From a virus: a stretch of 64,000 nucleotides of DNA. The stretch lies in the IMG/VR virus record IMGVR_UViG_2931133163_000006; one strand, written 5' to 3'. This document shows positions 62,534 to 64,000 of the stretch, one piece after another. The stretch's first letter is position 1. Each line of letters opens with the position of its first letter. The notes beneath the pieces were generated by a model, which searched no databases, was not told the DNA's origin, and saw nothing but the letters and a program-made list of their open reading frames with translations. The position numbers were made by a program, and so were the translations under genes.

Positions 62534-63644
62534 GCGGCACGGCAAACGGTTGGCCTACTGGTGCCCGACGCCGAAGATGAAGGCTGCGGGGTTCTCGCTG
62601 ATCGCGCTGGGCCCTGACGGGCCTGATGCCTGGCGCGATGCCAGGACTTGGAACGAGCGCTGGCAGGCGCACCGCAAGGGCGTGAAGGCGTCGGAGAAGC
62701 CGAAGTGGCCGCGTGGCTCGCTGGGCGAGGCCTATGATCGCTACCGAGCCACAGAGGGCTGGAACCGCAAGCAAGCGCGCACCCGCGAGGACTGGGAGCG
62801 GGGCTGGCGCTACATCGCCCCGATCTTCGGCGACGTCGCCCCTCACACGGTCGACTACGACCTGATCGATGCTTGGTACGCCGACCTGATCGAGTCGGCC
62901 GGCGTGCGCGAGGCGCACCGGGCCATGAAGATCTGGCGCGCGCTCTGGGTCGTGGCGGCCGCCATGAGCGGCGGCCGGCCGTTCTACTGCGCCCGCGGCG
63001 CGGACCCTTCGCTCGGCGTCCGCCGCGTCACACCCAAGGCGCGGGCGGCGATCTGGCAGGAGCACGAGCTGCGGCGGATCATCCACCGCGCCTGGCGCGA
63101 GGGCTATCGTGGCCTCGCCTGCCTCGTGTCGATCATGTGGGACACCGCCTTCTCGCCGGTCGACGCGCGATCCCTCACGGCCGGGCAGCTCGTGCGCGTC
63201 GGTCGCTTCGGAGCCTTCGAGATCGGCCGGGCTAAGACGGGGCAGGCGGCGATCGGCACGCTGTCGCGGCGGTCGGCCGTGCTGATGCGGGCCTACCTTG
63301 AGGGCCTCGGCCTGCGGCCGTTGCCGTCCACGCCGCTGTTCCGCACCCGGGAAGGAGCCCCGTATCGGAAGAACTCGCTCGCCGAGGACTTCCGCGATCT
63401 GCGTCGCTTGGTCGATCCGAAGGAGACTCGACAGATGCTCGACATCCGGCGGTCGGTCGCGATCGAGGCGAGGGCAGGGGGCGCGTCGCGGGAGCACCTC
63501 GGCGCCAAGCTCGCCAACTCGATCGCCGCCAACGCGGAGCTGGAGCGGACCTACCAGCCTGTCGATATCGATGCCGTTCAGGCGGTCGACCGCGCGCGGC
63601 TCAACGCCCGGAGGAGGGCGCGTGCCACGAGGGCCTCGAAGTGA
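62496..63644 (+). CDS. int: Tyrosine recombinase/integrase with atypical active-site motifs
   Basis: N-terminal domain, core-binding domain, F.I.R.KTG, PLF, C-terminal Tyr (ERTY); TAFSPVD and LDIRRS replace TG.R and H..R. Confidence 0.8.
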   Translation: MGTVKIPYLVVRERHGKRLAYWCPTPKMKAAGFSLIALGPDGPDAWRDARTWNERWQAHRKGVKASEKPKWPRGSLGEAYDRYRATEGWNRKQARTREDWERGWRYIAPIFGDVAPHTVDYDLIDAWYADLIESAGVREAHRAMKIWRALWVVAAAMSGGRPFYCARGADPSLGVRRVTPKARAAIWQEHELRRIIHRAWREGYRGLACLVSIMWDTAFSPVDARSLTAGQLVRVGRFGAFEIGRAKTGQAAIGTLSRRSAVLMRAYLEGLGLRPLPSTPLFRTREGAPYRKNSLAEDFRDLRRLVDPKETRQMLDIRRSVAIEARAGGASREHLGAKLANSIAANAELERTYQPVDIDAVQAVDRARLNARRRARATRASK

Positions 63645-64000
63645 GTCCGCCGGCGAAGATCGCCTACTACGTCATCCGCGAGCGCCACGGGCGTAAGCTC
63701 GGCTACTGGTGTCCAACGCCCAGGATGAAGGCGCTCGGCTTCAGCCTCGTCCCGTGCGGCGAGGATGGTCCGGAGGCGAGGGCGCAGGCGGCCCTATGGA
63801 CGGCGCGCTGGCAGGAGGCCCGGGCGGCCAGCCGCGGTGAGCCGGCCGCGATCTCTCCATCACGGAGCGGGTACGTCTACTTCCTGAGGTGCGGGGACCG
63901 GATCAAGATCGGCTTCTCGAAACAGCCGCTGTCACGCGCCGGCGACCTGGCGACCGGAATGCCGGACAAGCCGAGCATGATTGCCGCCTTCCGCGGCACC
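63641..64000 (+). CDS. Partial ORF: copy of the integrase N-terminal domain fused to a GIY-YIG-like (T5orf172-type) domain
   Basis: Manual translation from a GTG overlapping the int stop; GYVYFLRCGDRIKIGFS..P..R..DL; open to the window edge. Confidence 0.75.
   Translation, partial: MSPPAKIAYYVIRERHGRKLGYWCPTPRMKALGFSLVPCGEDGPEARAQAALWTARWQEARAASRGEPAAISPSRSGYVYFLRCGDRIKIGFSKQPLSRAGDLATGMPDKPSMIAAFRGT

Larger units (their letters stand above)
1..64000. mobile_element. Temperate prophage (lambda-like head and immunity region, Mu-like contractile tail); both ends outside the window
   Basis: Continuous phage gene order from lysis genes at the left edge to the integrase at the right edge; no host housekeeping operon and no att site seen. 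Confidence 0.97.

Overview
The whole 64 kb window is the interior of one temperate prophage in a high-GC alphaproteobacterium. Gene content and codon style point to a Methylobacterium-like host, which is an inference. Both prophage ends lie outside the window. On the minus strand, reading right to left: a cro-led early operon (TAXI-type solute-binding protein, MT-A70 methyltransferase, O/P-like replication genes with an iteron-rich origin, MucR, RtcB), then a putative late regulator with a structured leader, small ORFs plus a serine recombinase, a lambda-like cos, terminase, portal and head, a Mu-like contractile tail with two receptor-binding modules, and a lysis region (RlpA-like protein, GH108 endolysin, Rz/Rz1 spanins). 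On the plus strand: a cleavable CI repressor, then a long early operon (HNH, GcrA-like, ParB-like, CtrA-like winged helix, DUF5131, GapR-like, xis, atypical tyrosine integrase, and a truncated integrase-N-domain/GIY-YIG-like fusion). The most notable signal is a set of stripped-down homologues of host cell-cycle and nucleoid regulators (CtrA DNA-binding domain, GcrA C-terminal domain, GapR, MucR) carried together with an m6A-type methyltransferase. All family calls come from motif recognition by eye; no searches were run.
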